A stretch of DNA of 64,000 nt, taken from Spirochaetota bacterium (GTDB lineage: Bacteria; Spirochaetota; UBA4802; UBA5550). Both the position numbers and the translations under genes were made by a program. The stretch lies in NCBI GenBank assembly GCA_963664815.2, contig CAXXHB010000003.1, positions 1,824,001 through 1,888,000 of the forward strand. The letters are read 5' to 3'. The notes beneath the pieces were generated by a model, which searched no databases, had not been told where the DNA came from, and worked only from the letters and a program-made list of their open reading frames with translations. Positions 17,191 to 26,086 of this stretch are shown in pieces (the stretch's first letter is position 1; the number at the start of each line of letters is the position of its first letter).

Positions 17191-17391
17191 ATGAAAACCA
17201 TAAGTATGGATTTAATCAACCAGGTTAAAGAGATCAAGGAAAAGACAGGTATCTCAACAAGGTCGGCAATGGAGATTCTTTCTGATACAGGCGTATGTAA
17301 AGAATCAGAACTGCCAGATGTAGAAACAATGGATGCCATACTACGTGGCATTGAAGAAAAACAAACAATGAAGGAGAGAGTCCATGTTTAA
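17191..17391 (+). CDS. Hypothetical early protein
   Basis: MKTISMDLINQVKEIKEKTGIS; coupled to neighbouring genes. Confidence 0.55.
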   Translation: MKTISMDLINQVKEIKEKTGISTRSAMEILSDTGVCKESELPDVETMDAILRGIEEKQTMKERVHV

Positions 17392-17632
17392 AAAAATCAT
17401 CAGGCCAAGGAAAAGAGAAGAAGAGATTATCACTTTTATCGAAAAAGAAGCGGGATGTAAAATAACAGGCAATGCCCGGGAAGCTATTCTTAACGAGCTG
17501 GAAGTATCATACAAACTTAACGGTCAGGTGTCCCAGGGGTATATAAACAACCTTGTTAAGGCTTACAGTTATGTAGCTCAGAAAAACGAAACGGCAATCC
17601 ATGCCGGGAATGCCGCCTCGCTCGCATCTTAA
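17384..17632 (+). CDS. Hypothetical early protein
   Basis: AAGGAG RBS; 82 aa; overlaps the upstream stop. Confidence 0.6.
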   Translation: MFKKIIRPRKREEEIITFIEKEAGCKITGNAREAILNELEVSYKLNGQVSQGYINNLVKAYSYVAQKNETAIHAGNAASLAS

Positions 17633-17673
17633 GTTGAAACAATTAAGTTAATCAATCATGAGGAGTGTATTGA

Positions 17674-18024
17674 ATGGGAGAAAAAAGTCAATCAATAAAA
17701 AGAACCCGAAGTCAGCTGGTAATAGATGTAACACGCTTGGTTATATCAAAGTATCCCACCCGATGGAATGCAAAAGAGATAGCTTTGATGACCGGCGCGA
17801 ACATCCGGACAGTAAACAGGGTGCTGGCAGAGATGACAGATGCCGGGCTGCTGGAAAGGAAGTACCAGACATATAGCCTCCCGATTGATGTAGTTAACCA
17901 GTTTTATGGTGCCAAGTGGTATGTAAAGCAGGAGATTGATAAGGAGATAATGATTAACAAAAAAGGAGATAGAAATGGGAAAGAAAAAACAGGAAAACGC
18001 AATAATCCCGGCAGAGATAGTTAA
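17674..18024 (+). CDS. Winged-HTH (IclR-like) protein
   Basis: WNAKEIALMTGANIRTVNRVLAEMTDAGLLER. Confidence 0.7.
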   Translation: MGEKSQSIKRTRSQLVIDVTRLVISKYPTRWNAKEIALMTGANIRTVNRVLAEMTDAGLLERKYQTYSLPIDVVNQFYGAKWYVKQEIDKEIMINKKGDRNGKEKTGKRNNPGRDS

Positions 18025-18814
18025 TGACGAAATTCTTGATGTGGCAACCGGTGAAATAATAAACACTGACAATGCTGAATCAAGGCTTGTATTCTTTGAA
18101 CAGCAAATTGCTTCAGGTTGTATACAGATAGCATTGGCTCTTAAAGCTATACGAGACGAGCAACTGTATATTTTAAGATGCAGATCAATGTCAGAATATA
18201 TAGAAGAGTATCTACCTATGCCTTTGAGAAATGCAAAGCGCCATCTCCAGATTGCTGATGCATTCAGCGGTAAAGCTCTCGAAAAATTCAAGAAAACACC
18301 AATGACTCTACTTCTCGAAATCTCGCGCAATGATGAACTTCTTGAAGAGGCTAATGATCCTGAATCAGACGCTGATGATGTTGTTAAGAAAGCGAGGGAG
18401 CAGGAAAAACGGAAATATCAGAAGAAACTTGAAAAGAGCGATGAAGTAATTAAGGGTCAGGATGCTCTTCTGAAAAATCTCCGTGACAGGCTGAATGAAA
18501 AAGATGATGAAATTGGTAAACTGAAAGGGAGCATCCAGGGCCTCATTTCAAAGAAAGACATTGATCCTGCCAAAATAGTTTTCATAACTCAGAAAAAAGA
18601 AGCCTTCGGTGTTATTGATGAATCTATGATTCAGATTCTTAACTGCCTGGGTACACTCAATAACATACCTTATGATCTGCTTGATGCCGAACTATCCGGT
18701 AAACTTTCACAATGTATGGCGGCAATAGAGGCCGGTATACGCAGGCTTCATGATTTTTATTCTTCATATGTTGTTACGCCTGCAGATAATGCTGATCTGG
18801 TACCGGGGCTATAA
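17975..18814 (+). CDS. Coiled-coil early protein upstream of the transposase (DUF3102-like)
   Basis: IALALKAIRDEQLY...EYIEE...RNAKRHLQIA pattern; position typical of B3-like phages. Confidence 0.6.
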   Translation: MGKKKQENAIIPAEIVNDEILDVATGEIINTDNAESRLVFFEQQIASGCIQIALALKAIRDEQLYILRCRSMSEYIEEYLPMPLRNAKRHLQIADAFSGKALEKFKKTPMTLLLEISRNDELLEEANDPESDADDVVKKAREQEKRKYQKKLEKSDEVIKGQDALLKNLRDRLNEKDDEIGKLKGSIQGLISKKDIDPAKIVFITQKKEAFGVIDESMIQILNCLGTLNNIPYDLLDAELSGKLSQCMAAIEAGIRRLHDFYSSYVVTPADNADLVPGL

Positions 18815-18815
18815 A

Positions 18816-20564
18816 ATGGCAAAGGGAAAGACATTCGACGAATATCTCCTTATCGAATATTCAAACAGAATCAATGCTGCTGAAAGCCGCACTGAAAAAA
18901 GAGATGCTGTTGAATGGTTTATGGAAGTGTCCGGATGCTCAAAAGGTACTGCATACAAAGTGAAGGATAAAATCTCAAAGGGTATACCATATATAGAAAT
19001 TGCATCAGCCAATCAGAAAAGAAAACCAAGAAAAAACGATGTTGAACTTCAGATTGAAAAGCGCGATGCATTACGCGTCTCCGCAATAAAAAGAAGACCT
19101 GGTGAAGATAAAAAGTGGATACCTACCGAGCGGGCTATAGAAATCTGTGAGGATATGGGACTCATCGAGAAGGAAAAATATAACCGTTACAAGATGGATC
19201 GCATACTCGCACGGGAAGGTTTAAATTTCCGCTCAGCTCAACATAGTAAAATAGCATGGGAGATAACAGCAGATTATCCCATGCATGTACTCGTGGTTGA
19301 TGCCACACCAATAGATCACTATTACATGAGTCTCGATCGTAAAGTTGTACGTTATGATGGATTGGCGAGCGGGGACAAACATGTTGATGATTATCTTGAA
19401 AGGGATAAGCTTTCAAAGGTGTGGGTCTACTATGCTGTAGATATGAAGACTAAGGCATTTCTTGTGCTGCCATTTGCTTCAGTTCCAAAAGGAGCAGCAT
19501 CAAAAAACCCGGGTGAGAATGCTGAAGACTGGATGGCCTTTCTTAAATGGGTTATGCTCCCCAAACAAAATACTCCATCACCTCTTGAGGGTAGAAAAGC
19601 TCCGTTCTCTGATTGCCCTATTGAGGGGATACCTACCTTTCTATACAGTGACCGTGGTTCAGGAATCGGTAAATCATCTCTTGTCGGCAGGATGTGTTTA
19701 CGGCTTGGTATTCAAATTGTAACTCACTTACCCGGAAATCCATCGGCTAAGGGGTCAGTCGAAAGCCGTATTGGGGCCTTTAAACGAAGCTTTGAATGCC
19801 AGATAAACCCTGGCGTAATTAAAGACATTAACCAGCTCATTTACTTCTATATGTCCTGGGCAGAGTACTACAACAAAAAGCATGGTCTGTATGACAAATG
19901 GCTCAAAGAGTCGCTTGAACATCCAGTTACCAGGGTAACTCCGCAGAATCTTCAGGATGTAACAGTATCACATATCATCAGGGTAATTGACGGCTATGGG
20001 TGCGTTTCAATTGATGGAGAGAAATGGTTTGTAACATGTGATGGAAAGTATAAAGGAACAAAAGCAACCATATACAGGGTTCCTTCAAAAGACGGTTTTG
20101 TTTATAAAGCGGAGCTGCGTGACCGGGTAATAGTGGACTGTTATAATGGCAGAAAGCAGCACAGGTTTGAAGAGATTAAAAGCTTCCCGAAAACTGAAGG
20201 TGAAAGAAATCGGGAAGAAGCCCAGGGACTGTCAAAGGTAATCGGAGGTATGCAGGATTTTGACGATATACTTCCCAAAAACGGAGACAGCAAGATTGTT
20301 CGTATGCCTTCAATAACCAGACCATCAATAGATACTCACTCACCAGTTGTACCATCAGAATTTAAAAGCCCTGAAAAAGCCTGGAAATGGGTACTCAACC
20401 AGACCGGACTTTTTCTGGAAGAGATTCCGGAGGATAGTCGCGATTCAATCAACAACCTCTTTATCATGTTCATCCGGGAGGAGGGATTTATCTCAGGTGA
20501 ATTTGCAGTAAAGATGGCAAATCTAATAAACAGTAAAAAGAAGGAGGGAATATCTCATGGGTGA
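18816..20564 (+). CDS. Mu-like DDE transposase (MuA)
   Basis: VVDAT, LYSDRGS and HLPGNPSAKGSVE catalytic triad; start re-assigned to MAKGKT. Confidence 0.85.
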   Translation: MAKGKTFDEYLLIEYSNRINAAESRTEKRDAVEWFMEVSGCSKGTAYKVKDKISKGIPYIEIASANQKRKPRKNDVELQIEKRDALRVSAIKRRPGEDKKWIPTERAIEICEDMGLIEKEKYNRYKMDRILAREGLNFRSAQHSKIAWEITADYPMHVLVVDATPIDHYYMSLDRKVVRYDGLASGDKHVDDYLERDKLSKVWVYYAVDMKTKAFLVLPFASVPKGAASKNPGENAEDWMAFLKWVMLPKQNTPSPLEGRKAPFSDCPIEGIPTFLYSDRGSGIGKSSLVGRMCLRLGIQIVTHLPGNPSAKGSVESRIGAFKRSFECQINPGVIKDINQLIYFYMSWAEYYNKKHGLYDKWLKESLEHPVTRVTPQNLQDVTVSHIIRVIDGYGCVSIDGEKWFVTCDGKYKGTKATIYRVPSKDGFVYKAELRDRVIVDCYNGRKQHRFEEIKSFPKTEGERNREEAQGLSKVIGGMQDFDDILPKNGDSKIVRMPSITRPSIDTHSPVVPSEFKSPEKAWKWVLNQTGLFLEEIPEDSRDSINNLFIMFIREEGFISGEFAVKMANLINSKKKEGISHG

Positions 20565-21543
20565 AAATACAATTGTACCTGTTGAAACACAAAATGTCCG
20601 TGCTGTTAAGAATGCAGTTCGTTCAACTGTTAATAATAATGGAATGATGGCTGTAGTGGCAGATGTAGGTTCAGGTAAAACAACTATGTTTAATTATCTG
20701 GCAGACTACTGGAGCAGTAATCCTCAGAAGTTCAGGGTTATAACCGTTAAAGCCTTTGAGTCGCCACTCACAAAAATTGGGGTTATAATGCGTCTTATGA
20801 TGGAAACAATAAATTCGGATATTCATATTCCTCGCGGGATTGAGAGACAGTATAAAGGACTTACAGATGAACTTTTCAGGTTCACCAGAAACAGAAGTAA
20901 CAGGGTTATCCTTATGATAGATGAAGCACAGGATTTGAATTACCAGACATTCATGGATATAAAGAAGATCCATGAAATTGCCGGCAATGGTATGAAGAAT
21001 ATGTTTTCAGTCATCCTCTTCGGTAAACCTCACCGCAAATGGGACAAACTTTATGCCGGCCCTGAAATAGGTTACCGCATGAATATGGTACTTCTTGAAG
21101 AACTTACCCAGGATGAAATGATAAAAATCGCTGAACAAAGATTCACTCTCAACTTTGAAAACGATGCAGTACGTAAAAGATTCACTGCATCTGTTAAGTA
21201 CAAAACACCGCTCGGCATTGAGTTTTTTGCAAAAGCGTTAAAGAAAGAACTTGGACTCGATGAAAGTGAATCAGCTCATGTAAATTCTGAGTTGGTTACA
21301 AAGATACCAATGTTGTCACTAAAGATCAGAGCAAAACAGGCTGGTATAAAACAGCATGATATAGCGGAAGCTGGCCGCCAGGTGATTAAACATAAAAAAG
21401 TCAATGAACAGAGAGTCAGTGAGTTCATGAATAACAAGCTTGATGATGAACAACTGGCAACTGAGCTCACAGTAATTACAGAGCAGCTTATAAATTCAAG
21501 CCTTACTCGCAAGCGCAATATAATATCAGGTAAAGCAAATTAA
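20557..21543 (+). CDS. MuB/ExeA-like AAA+ transposition ATPase
   Basis: ADVGSGKT Walker A; LMIDEAQ Walker B; follows the transposase. Confidence 0.85.
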   Translation: MGENTIVPVETQNVRAVKNAVRSTVNNNGMMAVVADVGSGKTTMFNYLADYWSSNPQKFRVITVKAFESPLTKIGVIMRLMMETINSDIHIPRGIERQYKGLTDELFRFTRNRSNRVILMIDEAQDLNYQTFMDIKKIHEIAGNGMKNMFSVILFGKPHRKWDKLYAGPEIGYRMNMVLLEELTQDEMIKIAEQRFTLNFENDAVRKRFTASVKYKTPLGIEFFAKALKKELGLDESESAHVNSELVTKIPMLSLKIRAKQAGIKQHDIAEAGRQVIKHKKVNEQRVSEFMNNKLDDEQLATELTVITEQLINSSLTRKRNIISGKAN

Positions 21544-21559
21544 AAAACTGGAGGGATAA

Positions 21560-22204
21560 ATGAAACCAACAAGTAAAAAAAGCAGCAAATCAAAGCTTAA
21601 AGATGAAGGTTACATGCAGGATGCACAGGGACGCCTCATTCCGCTCTCTAAAATAAAACCAATGGATTTAGAGAGAGACAAGCTTGTGAAGCAAATTGCA
21701 GCAGATGCAAAAATTGAATCGGATATTCTGTTTAACTTTAAAAAAAAGACAATGAAGGCTATAAATTCCTTTTCTGACAAATCTGCAAAGGAATACAAAG
21801 TCGGGCTTGGAGGTGAAAAAGGAAACATCACATTGTTAAGCTATGATGGCAAACTAAAAATAGTACGCTCGGTCAGTGAATATATTGTTTTCAATGAACG
21901 ACTTCAAGTTGCTAAAGCATTAATCAATGAATGTATACAGGAATGGTCAGATGGCAGCCGGGATGAGATAAAAGTATTAATCAATGATGCTTTCTCGGTA
22001 AATAAGCAGGGTAAAATTGATAAAAACAGAATACTCGGATTAAGAAGAGTACAGATAAAACACCCAAAGTGGAAAAAGGCTATGGACGCAATAACAGAAA
22101 GTATTCAGGTAGCCAATTCTAAAGAATATATCCGCGTTTATGAACAAACGGAGGATGGACGTTATTTACCTATTAACCTCGATATCGCTGCAATCGAGAT
22201 TTAA
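21560..22204 (+). CDS. DUF3164 family protein
   Basis: YMQDAQGRLIP..KIKPMDLERD, GGEKGNITLLSYDG and W..AMDAI.ESIQV...KEYIRVYE. Confidence 0.9.
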   Translation: MKPTSKKSSKSKLKDEGYMQDAQGRLIPLSKIKPMDLERDKLVKQIAADAKIESDILFNFKKKTMKAINSFSDKSAKEYKVGLGGEKGNITLLSYDGKLKIVRSVSEYIVFNERLQVAKALINECIQEWSDGSRDEIKVLINDAFSVNKQGKIDKNRILGLRRVQIKHPKWKKAMDAITESIQVANSKEYIRVYEQTEDGRYLPINLDIAAIEI

Positions 22205-22205
22205 C

Positions 22206-22691
22206 ATGAATAGTTCTCAAAAAAATATACCAAAATCCGGCGGCACCGCGCGTAATAAAAAAATTTCACGCATCTGGTGCCTCGCCAGGGATCTCGGTAT
22301 GAACGGAAAAAACGAAGAGAACCTTTACCTTGTCGTTGAATCAATTACAGGAAAAGATTCAATTTCAGCTCTCAATTTAATGGAGCTTGATACTGTATGC
22401 CGTACCCTTAAATCTCTTCTGTTCAAACAAAATAGGCAGAAATACCTTGAGAACGCAAAGAACAGTAAAAATGGCACGGTTTATCTCCCCACCAAGTCAC
22501 AGAAAAGCCTTGTATCCGATTACATGATAAAGCTTACAGAGCAGTTAAAACTAAATGTACCGGAGTTTTATCTTGAATCAATTTCACGTAGAACTTTCAG
22601 AAAGGATTATAAACGGCTGAACCGGGGAGAAATGCAGAGACTCATCGAAGTGCTTAAATCAATTTATAAAAGAAACCAGGAGGAAAAATGA
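22206..22691 (+). CDS. gemA: GemA/Mu gp16 (DUF1018)-like regulator
   Basis: KI...ARDLGM...TGKDSISALN..EL..V...LK and L...E...LIEVLKSI..R. Confidence 0.75.
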   Translation: MNSSQKNIPKSGGTARNKKISRIWCLARDLGMNGKNEENLYLVVESITGKDSISALNLMELDTVCRTLKSLLFKQNRQKYLENAKNSKNGTVYLPTKSQKSLVSDYMIKLTEQLKLNVPEFYLESISRRTFRKDYKRLNRGEMQRLIEVLKSIYKRNQEEK

Positions 22692-23335
22692 AAATTATTG
22701 AAGGATTTATTCCATCCGGACATCCAAACCGTCCGGGTAAAAAACTCGAAGCATTAAAAGCAGTGGTTATTCATTATACACAGAATGAACACCCTGAGGC
22801 TACGGATACAATGAATGTAAGGTATATCGGGCGCAAATATATACGTAATGAAACCGGAACATTCGAATCTGATGGTAAAACACCATTCCGTTTCGGGTCG
22901 GCACATGTATTCTGCGATATGGATTCAATCACACTCGCTATTCCAGTTGACGAAGTAGCATGGGGATGTGGAGACAAAAACTTCCATGGAGGATACCAGC
23001 CAGTTGCTGAATCAACATTCAAACGCCGACAGAATTTTCAGACCGTTTCTGTCGAAATTTGCAATAATGATGCTGTCAAAAATTCAGATGAAGACTGGGA
23101 TGGTGCTGTTTCCAATGCCAGACAGTGGGTAATAGATTTCCTTAAAGATCAAAAACTGACTGTTGATGTTGATGGATCACTTAATCCCCAGAAGCTAAAG
23201 GCAACTCCGGAGGCAGGGAAAATACTCATTCTCCGTCACTATGATCTTACAGGTAAAAATTGCCCGGCCAGGTTCGTTAAAGATACAGAAGCATGGGAAT
23301 CTTTTATCAGGGATATTTCAAATTCAGTAGCATAA
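22688..23335 (+). CDS. N-acetylmuramoyl-L-alanine amidase (Amidase_2), putative endolysin
   Basis: VVIHYT, SAHVFCD...IP.DEVAW, VEIC and RHYDLTGKNCP. Confidence 0.85.
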   Translation: MKIIEGFIPSGHPNRPGKKLEALKAVVIHYTQNEHPEATDTMNVRYIGRKYIRNETGTFESDGKTPFRFGSAHVFCDMDSITLAIPVDEVAWGCGDKNFHGGYQPVAESTFKRRQNFQTVSVEICNNDAVKNSDEDWDGAVSNARQWVIDFLKDQKLTVDVDGSLNPQKLKATPEAGKILILRHYDLTGKNCPARFVKDTEAWESFIRDISNSVA

Positions 23336-23356
23336 TATTATACCAAGGAGTGTACA

Positions 23357-23698
23357 ATGATAAAAAAAAGAAATACCGGCATGGCAAATAAATCCCGTCC
23401 TGCCGCAGAGCCGGACGGAGATCCGGCTGAAACCGTGATTAAAGCTGTTCAGCCTCTGGGAGATGACAGTATAGAAAAAATTGACAATCAGTACGAAGCA
23501 GCAGGTTTCGCCATCAAAGAAATTTTTAAAAACTGGAAAAAGTTCCTGATTCTAATCTCCGTGATACTTCTTATCATCGGGATTATATTGCTTCTGCTTC
23601 TGCCGGGGTATAAATGCCAGACAAAATCAAACTCATTTGAAAAGAGTCCAGTTAATCTGCCAGGTAAAGAACACTCCACATCTGGAGGAGTAGAATAA
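23357..23698 (+). CDS. Single-TM membrane protein (possible lysis accessory)
   Basis: Long hydrophobic helix FLILISVILLIIGIILLLLLPG after the amidase. Confidence 0.55.
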   Translation: MIKKRNTGMANKSRPAAEPDGDPAETVIKAVQPLGDDSIEKIDNQYEAAGFAIKEIFKNWKKFLILISVILLIIGIILLLLLPGYKCQTKSNSFEKSPVNLPGKEHSTSGGVE

Positions 23699-23734
23699 AT
23701 CATGTTTTAAAAATAAATTGAAGGGAGACTGCCA

Positions 23735-23899
23735 ATGAATGCCGGTTTAGTATCAGTTAATAAAGTCCCAGTAATAAAATGCCAGAAATCAATTGATAAG
23801 GAGATGCTTGAAGCCATAGAAAATATAAAGGCCACACTTCTTATAGAAAAAAAGAAAGGTAATCCAGACGCAGATTTCATTTTAAGGAGGATGAGATGA
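23735..23899 (+). CDS. Small 54-aa protein (not in ORF track)
   Basis: GGGAG RBS; MNAGLVSVNKVPVIKC...ILRRMR; ATGA overlap with the exonuclease gene. Confidence 0.5.
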   Translation: MNAGLVSVNKVPVIKCQKSIDKEMLEAIENIKATLLIEKKKGNPDADFILRRMR

Positions 23900-24444
23900 G
23901 CAAGTTTAATGATATAATGATAGATATAGAAACGCTCGGAGCAGTTCCCTACAGCGTTATATTATCAATTGCAGCAGTGGAGTTTGACATGAGAACCGGA
24001 AAAACCGGACGGGAGTTTTATTGTATCGTTGACCCGGAATCATGCCAGAAACATGGTCTTAAAATTGAAGCGAATACAGTCCTCTGGTGGTTGACACAAT
24101 CGATTGAAGCGCGCGCTGAGTTTACTGGAAGTAAATCAAAACTTGATATTACAAAAGCACTCAATCAATTCAATAACTTTATTTCGAAGTGTGAAATTAA
24201 TGTAAATCTGTGGGCAAATTCTCCATCATTCGATTGTGCCAGAATCCGTGAGGCATGTGAGATAACAGGTCTTAAAGTTCCCTGGACTTATAAACAGGAA
24301 AGAGACTGTCGGACTATTATGGCAAGGTATCCACATGCAATCCCGAAAAATAAGAAATTAGTTTCACACAATGCCCTTAATGATTGTTATAACCAGATCG
24401 AGCGTCTTGTCTTTGTTGATGATTTTATCCGGAGGATGAAATGA
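23896..24444 (+). CDS. DEDDh 3'-5' exonuclease (exonuclease VIII N-terminal/DUF5051-like)
   Basis: MIDIETLG, T..WW, WANSPSFD, RDCRT and HNALND. Confidence 0.85.
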   Translation: MSKFNDIMIDIETLGAVPYSVILSIAAVEFDMRTGKTGREFYCIVDPESCQKHGLKIEANTVLWWLTQSIEARAEFTGSKSKLDITKALNQFNNFISKCEINVNLWANSPSFDCARIREACEITGLKVPWTYKQERDCRTIMARYPHAIPKNKKLVSHNALNDCYNQIERLVFVDDFIRRMK

Positions 24445-24647
24445 TTAAGCCAGATGATCTTTATAAACTTGATATGGGATTTACATTGGCGGTAATAGCA
24501 TTGATAACCGCGATGGGTATGCAAGCAGAGAATCAGAAAAGGCTTTCAGACGGTTTATCAATAGCATATGGAGAAGATCAGTTTAACCAAATTATTAAAA
24601 ACAATGATCTTCATTATAACGTTGTAGTTGAAAGATGGAGGTCTTAA
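24441..24647 (+). CDS. Small phage hypothetical protein
   Basis: GMQAENQKR...SIAYGEDQF; coupled to the upstream gene. Confidence 0.6.
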   Translation: MIKPDDLYKLDMGFTLAVIALITAMGMQAENQKRLSDGLSIAYGEDQFNQIIKNNDLHYNVVVERWRS

Positions 24648-24650
24648 TCA

Positions 24651-24851
24651 ATGGCACTTCGAGGAAGAGATCGTACAAAATTATTAACGGCTGGTTTTCA
24701 GATATTTCGAAGGGAGGAATCCAGGTTGTTAATCAAAATTTGCAATGAGAGAAACGAATGGTCGTTTTATAAAAAATGCAGCACAAAAAAAGAACTCAAG
24801 GAAGAAATGGACAAACTCATGGATATGCAGTTCTGCATCGAGGACATATGA
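24651..24851 (+). CDS. Small phage hypothetical protein
   Basis: GGAGG RBS; 66 aa. Confidence 0.6.
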   Translation: MALRGRDRTKLLTAGFQIFRREESRLLIKICNERNEWSFYKKCSTKKELKEEMDKLMDMQFCIEDI

Positions 24852-24872
24852 AAACAATTAGGAGAAGTAATT

Positions 24873-25067
24873 ATGCTAATTATATTCAAAAGAATTAAAG
24901 CAGATTTAAAAGAAATATTTGAACTCGTGCAAAAACATCCAGAATTGAAACAAATGACAAAAAAAGAAATGTTGGTTGCTCAGCAACTCATAACCGATTC
25001 TTTAAAAAAACTGAAACGCAGCATCTCATATTCAGAATCTGTAAACCAAGGAGACTTATTCAAATGA
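24873..25067 (+). CDS. Small phage hypothetical protein
   Basis: AGGAG RBS; ends QGDLFK (clamp-binding-like motif). Confidence 0.55.
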   Translation: MLIIFKRIKADLKEIFELVQKHPELKQMTKKEMLVAQQLITDSLKKLKRSISYSESVNQGDLFK

Positions 25068-25366
25068 ATATTATTATGAGACCTCGTAACGCCGGAAAAA
25101 CAACTGAACTTATTAAACTCAGTGCTCAGAATGGTGGATATATCGTATGTAATTCCCATAATGAGGCTTGGCAAATTCATGAGCTTTCAAGACAAATGGG
25201 ATTAGAAATTCCATTTCCTCTTACTTATTCAGAATTTCTTCATGGATATTATCATCCCCAAGGTGTTAAAAATTTATTAATTGATAATGCTGACTATCTA
25301 ATTAATAGTCTAAGTAAATCACCAATAGAAGCAATTACGCTAACAACTGATACACGGGAGGGATAA
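25064..25366 (+). CDS. Minimal P-loop protein
   Basis: RPRNAGKTTELIK Walker A-like and LLIDN Walker B-like motifs in 100 aa. Confidence 0.6.
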   Translation: MNIIMRPRNAGKTTELIKLSAQNGGYIVCNSHNEAWQIHELSRQMGLEIPFPLTYSEFLHGYYHPQGVKNLLIDNADYLINSLSKSPIEAITLTTDTREG

Positions 25367-25370
25367 AAGC

Positions 25371-25586
25371 ATGTATCCTGAATATAAAAAAGAAGAGGTT
25401 TTGCGTGAAAAACGATATTTGGGTGATGGTCTCCATTATTTTATTATACGCCCTGACAAATGGAGCGGAGAGCCTTTAGCAGAATTATTTGATTCACAAG
25501 GTAAATCTATGATGATGGTAACTATCGGGAATAGAAGCATCCATAATATTATTGATCTTTTCGAAATAAGGGTTATGCATCAATAA
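25371..25586 (+). CDS. Small phage hypothetical protein
   Basis: GGAGG RBS; 71 aa. Confidence 0.55.
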   Translation: MYPEYKKEEVLREKRYLGDGLHYFIIRPDKWSGEPLAELFDSQGKSMMMVTIGNRSIHNIIDLFEIRVMHQ

Positions 25587-25589
25587 TAA

Positions 25590-25674
25590 GTGATGCTTTT
25601 CATGGGGAACTGACAGTTTTAGTTAGACCACGACCAGTAAGTCGAAGCTGCAGAAGCTTGTAAAAATCACACCA
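25590..25674 (+). ncRNA. Candidate four-way-junction structured RNA
   Basis: Closing stem GTGAT/ATCAC plus three internal hairpins; ends in ACCA. Confidence 0.35.
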
Positions 25675-25684
25675 GAGGGTAAAG

Positions 25685-25894
25685 ATGTCAGAGTGGATAA
25701 GCGTTAAAGACGGATTGCCGGAATATAATACCAACTATGATGATAAATATTTTATTTATAGAGATATTTGTAATTGTTTTGATGCTGCATTTTTTGATGG
25801 CAAAAATTTTATCGCAGATGATGGAGAAATTTATAGAGAAGTATCGCATTGGATGAAACCGGAGGCTCCAAAACGAAAAAGTATAAAGAATTAG
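25685..25894 (+). CDS. DUF551-like protein
   Basis: MSEWISVKDGLPE...VSHWM.P..P signature. Confidence 0.8.
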   Translation: MSEWISVKDGLPEYNTNYDDKYFIYRDICNCFDAAFFDGKNFIADDGEIYREVSHWMKPEAPKRKSIKN

Positions 25895-25978
25895 TTGTAA
25901 AAAGTCGCGGAAAATTTTTCATGGGTAGGTGTATTATCCTTTATTCCGAAATTTACCAAATTCTGGTAATCTCTCTGA

Positions 25979-26086
25979 CAGTTTTATTTAATAATTCATT
26001 TAAAAATACTATTTTTCCTCAGTTTTCCTAACTTTTCAGTTTACATTTAATTACACATCGTTTATGGGGGGAGTATCACTTAAACA
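25979..26086. repeat. Putative transposable-phage end with repeated transposase-binding sites
   Basis: CAGTTT at 25979, 26020 and 26037; terminal CA at 26085-26086 (reverse strand reads TGTTTAAGTG...). Confidence 0.5.

Larger units (their letters stand above)
1..26086. mobile_element. Transposable (Mu/B3-like) prophage with contractile tail; left part extends beyond the window
   Basis: DDE transposase, AAA MuB-like ATPase, DUF3164, GemA-like gene, repressor, and a full head/neck/tail gene set. The sequence switches abruptly to a 5'-truncated helicase after ...TTAAACA (26086); an alternative CA end is at 26055/26057. Confidence 0.9.

Noticed and set aside
18816-21543. Tn7-like/CAST transposon (TnsB+TnsC)
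   Set aside because: No TniQ/TnsD or Cas genes; flanked by DUF3164, GemA and virion genes typical of transposable phages.
25590-25674. Call as a tRNA gene because of the cloverleaf and ACCA
   Set aside because: No T-loop TTCRA or D-loop consensus and the acceptor stem is irregular; kept only as a candidate structured RNA.
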